DNA of 64,000 nt. Source: Blasia pusilla (lineage: Eukaryota). Position numbers and translations under genes: made by a program. The notes below the pieces were generated by a model that was given only the letters and a program-made list of their open reading frames with translations, made no database searches and had not been told where the DNA came from. This document shows, piece by piece, positions 30,769 to 43,300 of this stretch. Numbering within the stretch: the stretch's first letter is position 1; every line of letters starts with the position of its first letter. The stretch is taken from positions 20,150,001-20,214,000 of the forward strand of contig CM114271.1 in assembly GCA_050084515.1 (NCBI GenBank). Direction: 5' to 3'.

Positions 30769-31844
30769 AGTTACATGATAAGAAAGCAATTTCCCTTATC
30801 AATAATTTAAAATTAGCAAGGAGCTAGGTGGCTTTCTCCAAACAAAGAAGGCTTCATCTCTTAAGGCAAGTGCCCACTTACCATTTTCCTGAAGGAGGCT
30901 CGTATTGTAATAGTATAGATGACATTAGAGTCATAACATGAAACATATAGAATCCTATACAATGAAGGCATAAAGCACTAACATTGTAACAAACCTTTCC
31001 TCCATAGACCATAATTGTAACTTAAAAAAAAAAGATCTCTTCGTTTGGATGATTGCTTAAATTTTCAAATCTTTTATTATTTATGACGAGATTTTGTCGG
31101 TTAATTTGTTTGCCACAGTCTTCACATTCAATCTTATCCTAAATTTTCAGATGATTTTTTTTAATAAATTCATAAAATTCCTCATCATAATATATAGGTT
31201 AAATAGGAATCAATGAGAAATTATTCTTATTTTTAAATCAATAAAAAAATGAGTTAGAATAAATATAAGAAGTTTTTTTCTTATAAATATTTAAATTCAT
31301 ATTTATAAAAAATAACCTAAAATTATCCGTAACTAGAACATCTCATAATTTTAGATATGACATGGATTATCTCGTACATACCCATTTTAAACTTTAATGA
31401 AACATAATTACTCACTATTTAAAAATAAATCATCGGGTAATTGAAATCACATAATAGACTGTTCCACGCATTCTCTAAAATTATATTTTAAAAATATTTT
31501 TGAATTAATAAACATATTATTATAAAAAGTAACCGATACAAAGTTACCATCCCTACATCCAACATATTTTTGCTTGTGTTTGTAAATTGAACATATTGAC
31601 TTACCATCTCCTCCTACTTTTCCCGAAAATTATTATGGTAATTAGGATCTTTATAAGTACTTGCTAAATTATATCTCATGTAAGAGGTGCACTACATCCC
31701 AACTTTTTTCCCTCAATAGCAAGACTAGCCATGTCGGAACTTTGCTTATGTGTTAGCCGATGATACGTTCACACTATGGCATTTTGAGTTCCGCCATCGT
31801 TAGGGTGATTTTTTTGTGTGTAGAGCTTTCAGGTGTAACAGAGC

Positions 31845-32035
31845 TACCATCGATTTCCTTCTCTCTGATCCTCATTTCATGCGTGATGCTCTCTTGATTG
31901 ATCAAAGCTTAATCGGTTTGATTTCCCAACAACGATCAAGTCTATTTTCGTTTGATTCTCAATGATTCTCAAACAACTACCACCCATTTCCTTCTCTCTA
32001 ATCCTCATTTCGTGCGTGATGCTCTTCTGATTGAT
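31845..32035. repeat. Two imperfect direct repeats of about 58 bp
   Basis: CTACCA..ATTTCCTTCTCTCT.ATCCTCATTTC.TGCGTGATGCTCT...TGATTGAT at about 31845 and about 31977. Confidence 0.8.
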
Positions 32036-33272
32036 ATGACTGAACTTGGTTCCGTATAATTTTCAATGATTTTCAGTAAAGGCCTCCTTATCGTGTGACT
32101 CCATTCGATCACACCTAGCTTAGATACGTTTGTTCTTGTAATGACAAGGCGACGAGTTCCAAGCTACTATCACTTTAGGCCGTAACGTCTTGGGCACCAT
32201 CCTTTTGCATTTTTTTATGACACAAAATACCGTTGTTGCTTTTCCATCTCCATTCGTAAGTCAAGCTTTCCTTACGATTTCTCTACTGCATGTTTTGTTG
32301 CATTTCTTTCGTTTCGTTTATTGGAGCTCTTAATTTGGTCCGAGTTGTAGTTGTGATGTGTCTTCTTTACTTATAGCGACAGAGGCACTTGAGCTTGTTC
32401 TTATCCTCTTTGATCTACATTTCCACTCGTTGTTAGCTAAATCTTTCTTTCGTTTATTTATTGCTCGATCTAGGGTGTTGAATTTCTTCAACTTTTCCTA
32501 CGCATTTCTTATTGAGCCCTCAAATTTGTTTGCGCGATGGTTTCCTACGTTAGGAGTAATTGATTGATTCTAGGTCACACATCGAGAACTTCCCGCATCC
32601 CAACAAATTTCTATGGCTTATGTTCTTGGCTTATGTTGAAAACTTTTAATACCATCGTCACGTCCTATGCTATGAATACTCTTGATAGCTCTATCCCTTC
32701 CCTCGGCCCTTGGAACTTCTTGTTTGGTGCAAAATTTAATTGCTAGATAAACAGTAGAAACATTTGTGATGGTGTAGAGGCATGAAGTTTCTAACTCCTA
32801 CCTCCATGGTCTGTTATCTGAAAGTTTACTGGATTGAATTTTTTTCTTATCTCTCCATTGCCATCGTTGAAGGCACATTGTAGTTCCTAAGGTGGCTAAT
32901 GCCGGAGCTCTACCAAACGAACATATATTGATCTACATTCTATGTATACCACATACTAGCATTTCCTTAACTAACCAACAAGGCGTTATTCTCCTGTCGG
33001 ATTGCCTTCCGCTAGATGTCTCATCTGCATTTTAGCCTACCTTATTCTCAACTATACAAAAAAAATGTATAGTTGTAAAGTGCATCGGTACAAGCTTTTT
33101 CTTTTTTGTACTAAAATTTTTGCGCTTCCTATTTTTATGAGTCACCACTCTGGAATAAGCCTCCTATGCTCTTCAAGTAAACCTTACTTACTATCTCAGA
33201 GTGTTCAATGCTCACACCCAAGTTACTTCAAATTATAGCCATGTGTTTAAATGAAGTTCATGTTTGACATCC

Positions 33273-33400
33273 CCAAATCCTTTTGGTGGAAAATTGGCAA
33301 TCTTGATTGGAGACTTGTGCCAATTGCCACCACTTTGTAATCATAAATGTTATGAATTTTGTAGAGCTTGTCACATCAGCTCCTCTACCTTCTCTAAGAA
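33273..33400 (+). pseudogene. PIF1/SF1 helicase fragment, possible Helitron remnant
   Basis: Translates as PNPFGGKLAILIGDLCQLPPLC, matching the PIF1 motif III consensus PFGG..I..GD..QLPP. Other helicase motifs are not confidently readable. Confidence 0.6.
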
Positions 33401-35295
33401 GACATCATGCCGAGATATACAAGTCCCACATAGAACTAGATGAAGTACCTAGATAACCTTGGAGTGATGCTAGCTTTTTGGGAGCATGGCATCATTGGAC
33501 ATCAAATCCAAAATTTCATTACACAAGGTCAAGCATGGGATTCAAAATTCAAGAGAATCCACAAGGAGGGACCAATGTCAGGTACAAGTTATACTTTCAG
33601 TTATGTACTCTTCTTTATGCATTAACCTAAATACACTACCATTTTGGACATATCCACTTATATGTGATTACTTCTCCACTTATATCAAACACTAAAATTT
33701 ATACTTTTCTTTTTCAAGAATATAGAAAGAAGCTTTGAGGTTCAAAAATGTTGATTTCAAGGATCCATCCCTAACTAGGAAGGATGCAACTTGCCTATTC
33801 AAACTTATCTCTGGCGGCATACGCCTATATCAACTACGTATGCTTGAGCGCATGAAGACCACACATGATGATGGCCAATTGGGTGAGTTTGTGCCACTTC
33901 CAATAGATTTAGATAATTCCCACCATTTTCCATTTTTTCGTGAATTTGATGATATAATCATTATATCTTCAACACCTCGAAATAGCAGCCGACTTAACAC
34001 ACCATCTGACACTCCAAGCTTGTTTGCAAGCCCTTTTAAGAATGAAAGATTTCCTACGCCACCAAGTGACAATTATAATCCCGATCCCACTCTTGCATCA
34101 CCCAATAACCGCAAATGTGTTTAAGCTTTATCATGTCTAGGTATTTACTCATGCACTTCCTGGCACTAAGCTATGGTTTTAATATTCATGGCGCTTTGTA
34201 TTTTGCAATGCATTTCTTCATTGACTCAGAATCACAAATTCACTACAATTTTTCTGCAAGTCTTTGCTACAGCTCAAGATCAGCTCTCTACTTCAGTACT
34301 ACAATTTCATATTAGCAAATTTATTTTCAATATAGTCTGCTCTATCTTATTACCTTCAACTCGAACTTTGTCCAACACTTGCTGCTGTTTCTTCTTGAAT
34401 TTTGTACATGCTGAAACAACTTTAGGCATTTATATTTTCATACTTTAGACTATATATCCACACTTGAGTTAGATGGGTTTTTAAATTATTGCAATTTACT
34501 TTTGCTCCATTTGCATTAGGCTATCTTTTCTACGTAATAGTTTTCTTTCTAAGTTATTATGTTTCTATAACTTCTATTATGTCTCTTCCAATTGTGTATA
34601 TATAACTTATAAATTGGCACCTTTACAGTGCATTTTTTGAGATTCCATGTTATATTATTCATATCATTTTTTTCTTATTTTTTGCATTGTCTTGCTATTC
34701 ATTTTTTCCTCAGTACATCTCATTCTATTCTCTCTTAGAACTTATGTGACTGTTTCTTCATGCGACTCCATAGATCAAATTTATGAACATGACAACCATC
34801 ATGCCGTGGTCCATTTCACTAGGCCGGGTCTAGTACATCTCATTGGCATTCCAGTCACTATAGTGATGTGGAAGTGTCACTAGAAGGGCACCAACAAGTG
34901 TCATCAAAAGACCTATCACATGCCTACATGGAATTTGTTCCTGATCTAGATAGTGCTCAAGAGCACGTCTCAAGCTTATCGAATCAAGTTAGCCTTCTTA
35001 GTAGTATGGTGCAAAGATTTATTGCAAGATAATCAACAAAATACTGTTGAGATAGGGGCACTTAAAACACAACTTAAGGATTGCACAGCACAACTTTCTG
35101 ATTTTGCAAAGGATGTTGTCCCATTATTTGAATTCAGTCCCAAGATTTCATTGCAACTATTTGTATTGCAGTCAATGTTGCGTGACTATAGAGGCTAGAG
35201 TATACAAGTTAGAATTGTTCAATTCTAACCTTTAAGCACTCATAGCTTACAAAGTACTCTTATGCAACTTTCATGACATTGGCATGAACTGAAAG

Positions 35296-35382
35296 TTTCC
35301 TGTCAATCATTCAACAAATGCAACAGGTAGGAGCATGACCATATGCTCTACCTGTTGCATTTTTTGAATGATTGACAGGAAA
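35296..35382. repeat. Near-perfect inverted repeat (about 40-bp stem, about 6-nt loop)
   Basis: TTTCCTGTCAATCATTCAACAAATGCAACAGGTAGGAGCAT pairs with ATGCTCTACCTGTTGCATTTTTTGAATGATTGACAGGAAA, with one mismatch and one bulge. Confidence 0.93.
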
Positions 35383-38300
35383 GCTTACACTCATAAATTT
35401 TTTATCATCCTCCAAACACTATTTCTTGTACTGTTTTGTCATTTTGAAACAATTTTCAACTAATCACTGTCAGGTTCTTTGTACTAGAACAATCAACCAA
35501 TTTGCATTTTCTTCTTCATCTCAACTTTCTTCCATCTTTTCATTCATGTCATACTTTGTACAACTTTTTCATGTTGTTGGAACAACATAACTTTAAATTT
35601 GACAAGCACTCAACAAGAAATTTCATTTCTTCATATTCTTCAGTGTATCCTTCATTTGGCTCTTCTAACTTCTTTTCTTCCATCAGTGAGAAGGAATTAT
35701 CTCATCATGCATTGTTGATGTCTTCTTTCACGCCCTACCTGCATATATTTCGCATCATAATTCTAAACCTTCCATTTCCAAAATTTTACTTACTAAACAT
35801 ATTTTAAGCAGCCTCCAATCTGTCACTTCCACATTGACAATAATCTCCAAAGTAACTTTCTTCATTTTATGCAAAATAGATCTATTTTTTAATCCCAATT
35901 TTTTTTCAAATGCACATGTACTCTAATCTTGACACCTCATAACCAACCATTCCACTATGGCCAACCTGTTTTATACGTTTACTCATATATCACTATGCTC
36001 ATTTTCTACTTTCCACAATATTAAACATACTACTTAGGCTGCAAATTTGTTTCCTTTAATATCCTCTAGTGTGTGGTAAGAATGAGGCAATATTGGAGTG
36101 GAGTATTAACATAGCACTTGTAAGGATGCTTACTTAATAATTCACGGATCCTTATTTAACAATTCAATCTTACTAATCTCTTTGTATGTGACCCTACTTA
36201 ACGTGAGCAATAAATGTTGACACGTGTCAAATGGAGGAATAGCTCAAGAACTGACTCATGCCACAAATTTGGGGTTCATGTTAGAGTGAGCTGCAAATTC
36301 ATTTGGAGTTCATGATTGGAGGTAAGAAAATAGATACCCAAGTTAAAAATAAATAAATATCGCATGCAAACGTGAATCCAAGCATGGTCGTCCGATGCAG
36401 GCAGGGAATCGGAACGTTGTGATTGGGGCAGCACAATGGGCAGATCACCAAAGGTCGGGATGGGGCGCCTAATCTGTGGTCGGTTGGTCCTCCGATAAGA
36501 GACCAGCCATAACTGTGAAGTCCTTTACTTTACACCCAAAAGAACCGGTTTTCACCCTCGCGTCGGGACTCCGTCGTACAGTAACTCGGCAGAGGTCCTC
36601 CTCTACTGTCACGCCGAAGGAATAACAACGAGATATACACTCTATGTTTCCATTCTTTATCTCCCATAAATAATAAACGGAATTTATAAAGCATTTTTAT
36701 ACCTTTTCTTTCTACCACTTTTTGCTCGCTGGCTACTGTACTGGCTCCCACTCTCCGGCAAGAACCGGCAATCGAGCCACCCCAAATCAGATCGCGTGGT
36801 CCAGAATCTGCACCACCATTAAAAGGAGCGCTTTCCAATTCCGTCGACATGTGCTCGCGCGGAGTTGGATGAAGGGACTCTGGACGGATAAAACTGGGAT
36901 CCGTCCGTCCTTCCTTCCTGGAGCATTCCGTCCATAGGACTTTTGCGGGGTAGGCTGTATCTAGATGAAGGATAATAAAGAGCTCATCTTCATGTTCTCT
37001 ACCCCGAGAGATTGGGACAGGGAGTTTTTTCGTGACAACCGGTACATTTCCGGTCTCTACAAATCGAAATTTTTTTCATTCCAGCCGGCTAAACAGGTAC
37101 GAATACAAAGGACACCCTCCCTGAACCTTCGGTTTTTGGCCGGTAAATGACGACCTGAATCGGAAATTCTCAGATTCTTCCGGCTTGCTCAACACGTAAC
37201 CCCGGTTCTCCCCGGACATTGGATTGGGATCGTGAATGTGGGACAGTGGGAGTCATATGTTACATGTACTTCTTATTCTGCAATTCTTTTAAATAAATGA
37301 CTAGTCTGGATTGTGAGCTCTCTTTAATTAACATTTTAATACAAATGTACTTTTATTCAACAATTCTATGAAAGGTTTTCTTACCTATTGAGATTTTGTA
37401 GGGCGTTTAGGGTAATTACGAAGAGGTATGAATACAAAATTTGTAACATACATAATACGACCGAATACACAGAATTCTAGGTAGTACAAACTAAAGACTA
37501 TGGTCATCTTTTTTTAATGATTAAATAAGAGTAGTAGTTTTCTTTGAGTCTTCTATTTTGTACTTTTCATGGGTTGCCCATCATCCTCTTATTCAGGCTT
37601 TCTTTTTCTACGAGGATAAGGGATTATAACATGTTTCTACTTCTCATACTAACAATTCGAGACTAAAATTTCCAAACTTGGGTGGTCTAGTCATCATTAC
37701 AATACAAAAATGGTATCCTAGGGAAGTCCGTATTCTAAAAAATGATGGCATAAATTTATCTTTTCATAAGGATCAGTGCACGTGCAATTGAATGCCCTTG
37801 TGCCTACTCATCCTCGGGCTTTCTAACCCAAGGTTGAGTTAGTTAACCATGAACTCTCCAACATTTGCTTGTGAAATAAGAATGAAAATTTTATGTTCTA
37901 TCTAATAACAACGTGTAGGAGATTGTAGTACAATGGATAACCCTTCCCCCTCTCAACAATTGGTAGCATGTTCAAAACCGGCTGAGATACTCACGTTTTT
38001 TCACTCCTGCTTAACTTGATTCTCACCCTCCCTCGATGACCTAATGCGAATATGAATATAATCTTTATAAAATGGAATATCCAAATGAAAAAACTTGCGA
38101 AGGATGGAGGAACGTTGGGGTGCTTCGTAGTATGCAAGAGAGGTTTGGCCAACTCGTTAGATGCTTCATTAAGATTGCTAAACCATTTTTTATGTTGTGA
38201 AATTATTGTGCCTCTAAAGAGAAATATCAAATCTCATTCTCTAAAGAATTTCTCATTCACTTCATCTTACACACCATGATCGTAAGATCGCAAGTTTACA

Positions 38301-40389
38301 TCCCTCGAGGGCTTGATTCCATACGCGTAGGATCTCGACCACCATAGAGCGTTGCCGATTTTTCTGTGCCCAAACCTTTTGGGCGCATAGTAGACCCAAC
38401 AACGTCTTCACAACCCATTTAGCAAGAATCCGTAAGTAAGTAGTTGAGACCAACCGCTAGTGGCCATGGCAATGGAATCGACCCCTTATTATTTGAAGGG
38501 ACGAAAAATTACGACCGGCCTGCAAAGGTTTAAAAAAGTGACGAGGCTCAATAAATATGCGTGATGAAAAACCCGAGAGTAATACGGTGGCGGACAAGGA
38601 TCGTTCGCGAGGGGGAAGATGTTGGTCACTAATAACGGACGGCCATGGTGACGTGTGCACGCGGTTTCTGATTTCTGACGGTGGTGGAGGACGCGAGGTA
38701 AAAGGAGTTACCAACTACTTCTCGCGGCCGCAGCTTTCCCCCGTCTCCCGAGGCCGGTCCGGAATTAGAAAGGAACGAGAACGTGTGTGCCTCTCCCACG
38801 GAAACGTACCACGAACATCTGGATGTTCCATGTCTCCATCCATCCATTCATGGTACACACCTGTACATCATTCCCTCATGCCTGCATCCATGCATGGTAG
38901 GAAGGAGGGCTGGCTCAGGGGAGGCCGGGCAGCAACGGAAGGAACGGGATGAAGTACGGCGGTTTGGGCGCGCTTTCCACTGCAAGACGGCGCCGTTCCA
39001 TGTCGACGGTACTGACTAGCATGCGACTGCTTAACCCTTTTGGATAGCCGCGGTAGAGTAGGGGGGGGGGGTTTCTTTCTTTCTTTCTTTCTCCCTCCCT
39101 TCCGTCCCTGAGTATTTACTTCCCAGCCCACGCAAGCCTCGCTCTTGTATGAGGTGTGACTCACGTAATGGGGTGACATAAGGACCACTGAGGGAGTGAC
39201 TTCAGCTTTTGTTTCCCGCAAACTCACTTACCCTCCTTTTCGCGGTGGGTTTCATGTGACTGGGACTCCACATTCTTGGTGGTTGAGAGAAAGGGAGAAC
39301 TATTTGTGTCATGGCATAAGCGATCGCATTTTTTATTTCTTTATGTTGCGAGACGAAAACGGGGCTTTTCTATGAAGCTCGTATGTGGATGACAATTACA
39401 CGTGTTGGGTTCGATTCATCTCACGGCACACGATCGATACATTTCATGGTAAAAGTATCACGAACAAAACCAAAATCAAAATGAGGGGAAAAATGCACCC
39501 AACGATTTTTAATACGAGCTTAGTTACCTCCATGAAACCACGTGGTGAATTTTAGGGGTTGAAAGACCTGTTATGGAGGAATGTGAACATAATGGAATAC
39601 TGTTAAATTAATACATCCACTTTGAGTTTAAAAATATATTAAACGAGATAGGTTGCTTACGAATCGAGAAAATTATGACAAATATTGTGAAACTAAACTG
39701 ATCAGGTGGCTTATAATTCTTTTTTCTTCTTCTTTCTCCAAATATGGCACCTGCCATATTATGAGGATGTTGAACAAAAATAAAGTCCTCTTAATAGGAA
39801 AGATAATATATAACCATCAATTCGTGAGAATAATGGTGCTCGTGATACCCAAAAGTTAATTTAAAATAACGAAGAAAATAATAAGTATTAAAACTTGAAA
39901 TTTTCTCCCAAGACGTCCGTCATGATGGTACCCTAACTATTGATTTAGAGTGTGTTTGGGGCGTGGACTTTCCAATCATTTGTCATGATGGTTGTGCCAA
40001 CTATTGAAGCATATAGGGGATTTTGGTGTCGTTTATATAGAGAGACGTGAATAGTTCCACTTCACTTCGTATCTCCATGACATTGTTGCTATCTATTATT
40101 AAAAAGGTGCTCTTTTGGGATTATTTTTATTTTTATCTTCATCATGAATGCGTGGGAACTATTTTTAATTTTCTCATGTTCCTTTGTTTCTTTACTATTA
40201 GTACCTTTTATACACATGCTGCATCTCGTTTTCATCGAACTATTATGAGTCCCCCCTTACCGTCATTCTCTCTTCTTTTTTTTAAATGTTTTCTCTTCTC
40301 ATGACTACTTTCATTTCCATGACTTCCATCTCCTTTTGGATCTTTCCATGTACCACTCTTTCGGTTCTCCTTCTTACTTATGGACCTGC

Positions 40390-43300
40390 GATTTGGAGGA
40401 GACGGGAGGGAACGGCGGAGCTCTACGGGATGACGGCGGGGATGGGAAGGAGATTGATGGTGGGATGGAGGATGGAGGGGGGTCGTGTGTTATATCAAAA
40501 CGGAAATACCGACTTCCTCTACGTTTTGATCCCTACCGTCAATCTTCTAGTGAAGTATTTTCATTTTATTTTGTTTTGTAGATTTTTGTTGTTTTAGGGT
40601 CCTCTTTGTTGTCTCGTTTTGTTGTAATGCTTTGAATGTTTCCAAGACAACTCATGTTATTATTCCACACCACCCTTCTTCTTCTTTTTTCTTCTTTTTT
40701 CTCTATGTCCTTATTCACGTTCCTCATTCACGTTTGACCCATGTTTTTCTCCCTTATCCCACTCTATTCCCATCTATTTTTTCCATCTATTCTTTTTCCA
40801 TATCACTAGTACCTCCATACTATCTCTACATTATTTTGGGAAGGGGTTGGGCCATATGTCATAGGTGAAGATGGTAGATGAGAGTTCATACTAGGGAGAG
40901 CATTTTCATGGACGGGAAGAGAGTCGATTACCATTAGGGCTACTTCGAATGGGGGTTGTGGGGCAGATTTTGGTGGGGTTTGTCTCTCGAGTTTGACGGA
41001 GGGGGTCATGTTCTCTTCTTGGTGAGAAGTGTCCATGCCTCGACCCGCATCGGTCCCTCGCGTAGGGGCTCGTGGGTTGTCTAGCCGGGATACGAAATGC
41101 CCTTGTTGTCCCAAATTCTTCACTCGTTCAGGAATTCGGAACCATTTAGCGGCTAAACATCCTGACTTTGATAGATTTGGATGGGTGGTTCCTCCAGTCG
41201 ATCATGGATTCTCACCGATGTTTCATGCATCATCGCCCCCTCTCGAGGCATGGGAGTGGTTGAGGTCCCACCTTGGCAGCATCACAGGTCTCTTTGAGAC
41301 CCGTTTTCCCTGCCCGAGGTTGTTTCATAGGATCCCCCATGCTATTCGGGTTGAGCTTCGCCAGTCTTTCCGCCTTCCCTTATCTAGGATCGCACTTGAT
41401 CCTCTGGATGAGCTCTCGTGGTATCTACTACTTCTCCTTCCACGATGGTGTCTTTGCTATACCCGCAACGGGTCATCGTGAAACCTCCACACGTATTCAA
41501 CGCTTTATGTTTAGGGATTGGGAGAATCTTCAAAATGAGCATGTACTTCGAGTAGAGGCCTTAGCTAAGGATTCTCCCACCCAACATGCCAATCATGGGA
41601 GGCCATCAATACGACAACGCCTTTGATGAAGTCTACATTTGGGGAAGGTTGGTGAGTTTTCACGTGCAGTTCGAGCATTGGGTCCTCTTTTTGCGGCAGT
41701 TCCAAGTCCGAAAAAAAAGTGGCTCTCTTAGAAGCTCTTCACCCTCCTTGAAGTGGTGATGCTCCACCTTTTATGGAAGACTATACAATGGAGCTTGACT
41801 TCGAGGTTTTTACAAGGGCTTTTCTACATACTCCTCGCTTATCAGCAAGCGGGCTATCAAGGATGGTTTTTGAGCATCTCCGCGATTGCTTTATCCCGAC
41901 AGATTTAGCAAGTAGCTTTGTCTCTCTATAAAAGGTGTGTGCACATATGGTGGCAGGTTATCTCCCATTCTTTATCTCTAGGCTCTTAGGGGCTTGTCGT
42001 TTTTTGGCTATGGATAAGCCTCCTTCAGGTGTGCGTCCTTTGGCTATTGGAGAGGTTTTATACCGCTTGGTTAGTCGATCCCTATGCTTGCAATTTTTTC
42101 CTCACTTTAGTGCCCACTTTTTTCCTCATCAATTTGGAGTGGCAATTCCTGGAGTTTGTGAGGCTGTGGTGCATGGGATTCGCTCCACTCTTGATTTTTA
42201 TCCAGATTGGGTAGCAATTCAAGTCGATGTGGCTAACGCATTCACTTCAGTTTCTCGTGCGGCCATCTTTGAGGAGTTACGTTGTGCATGAGGACAACTT
42301 GCAAGCCTCATTCCATTTGTTTGCTCCTTCTATGCCTAGGATAGGTCCATTATCTATTCTCATCATGCTACTTCCGGGGAATATAGTATTCTACAATCTA
42401 CAGCCAGGGGAGGGAAGGCTGGCCATAGAGAGGTTGTGGCCCGATTGCCGCGCTTTCGAGGAGGTGATTGGGAGTCTCTGTAGAGCGAGTTCGTGGCATA
42501 TGCCAGAGGTAGCACTCCATGTGGTTTCCCAGCAATCTCAGATTTGCGGACGATGTAGGAGACTTGGGCGAGCCGGGGAGTACTCGCGAGCGGCTCGTGC
42601 GCTCCGCCCTATGGATATGGCTCCTCCTTCCGATGTTACCATCAACGCCCTCCGGAGGCTACACCCTCGTCCAGTGGTTGACATCCCATCATTTGTACGT
42701 GACTTCCATCCTGACACGACCTTATGCCTAGACCCGTCCCTCTTTGCACGGGCACTCGGGCGTTCTCCTAGGATAGCAGCTGGAGGGTTGTCCGGTATGA
42801 TGTACGAACACCTTCGTGATTGCTTTCCCTCCCAGGAATTTGCTAGCGGCTTTTTTGAGTTGCTTCAGGGTTGCCTCTCACCTAGCTCAGGGGAGAGTGC
42901 CAACAGCAGTAGCCCAAGTATTGGGGGCGGGGCGACTTTTGGCGTTATCGAAGGAGGGTGGTGGGATCCGTCCGATTGCCATAGGGGAGGTGCTCTTGCG
43001 GTTGGTGAGTCGCACTATCGCTTTGCAGTTCCGTGAGGCTTTCCAGTCACATCTGAGTCCGCACTAGTTCGGAGTTGCCACACCAGCCGGTTGTGAGGCT
43101 GTAGCCTTAGGTTTGAGGGCTTGTTTAGATATACATCCCAAGTGGGTGGTTCTCCAAGTTGATGTGGAGAATGCCTTTAACTTAGTGTCTTGGGCAGCTA
43201 TCTTCACGGAGTTGAGAGACGCAGAGGGTCCCATAGTGAGCATGGTTCCCTTCGTGCATGCTTTTTATGGGGCCCTCTTGGCTCTCTATTTTCACCACGG

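Noticed and set aside
36350-39450. GC-richer islands with promoter-like pyrimidine tracts and short ORFs
   Set aside because: No recognisable coding homology or consistent splice structure; expression data would be needed.
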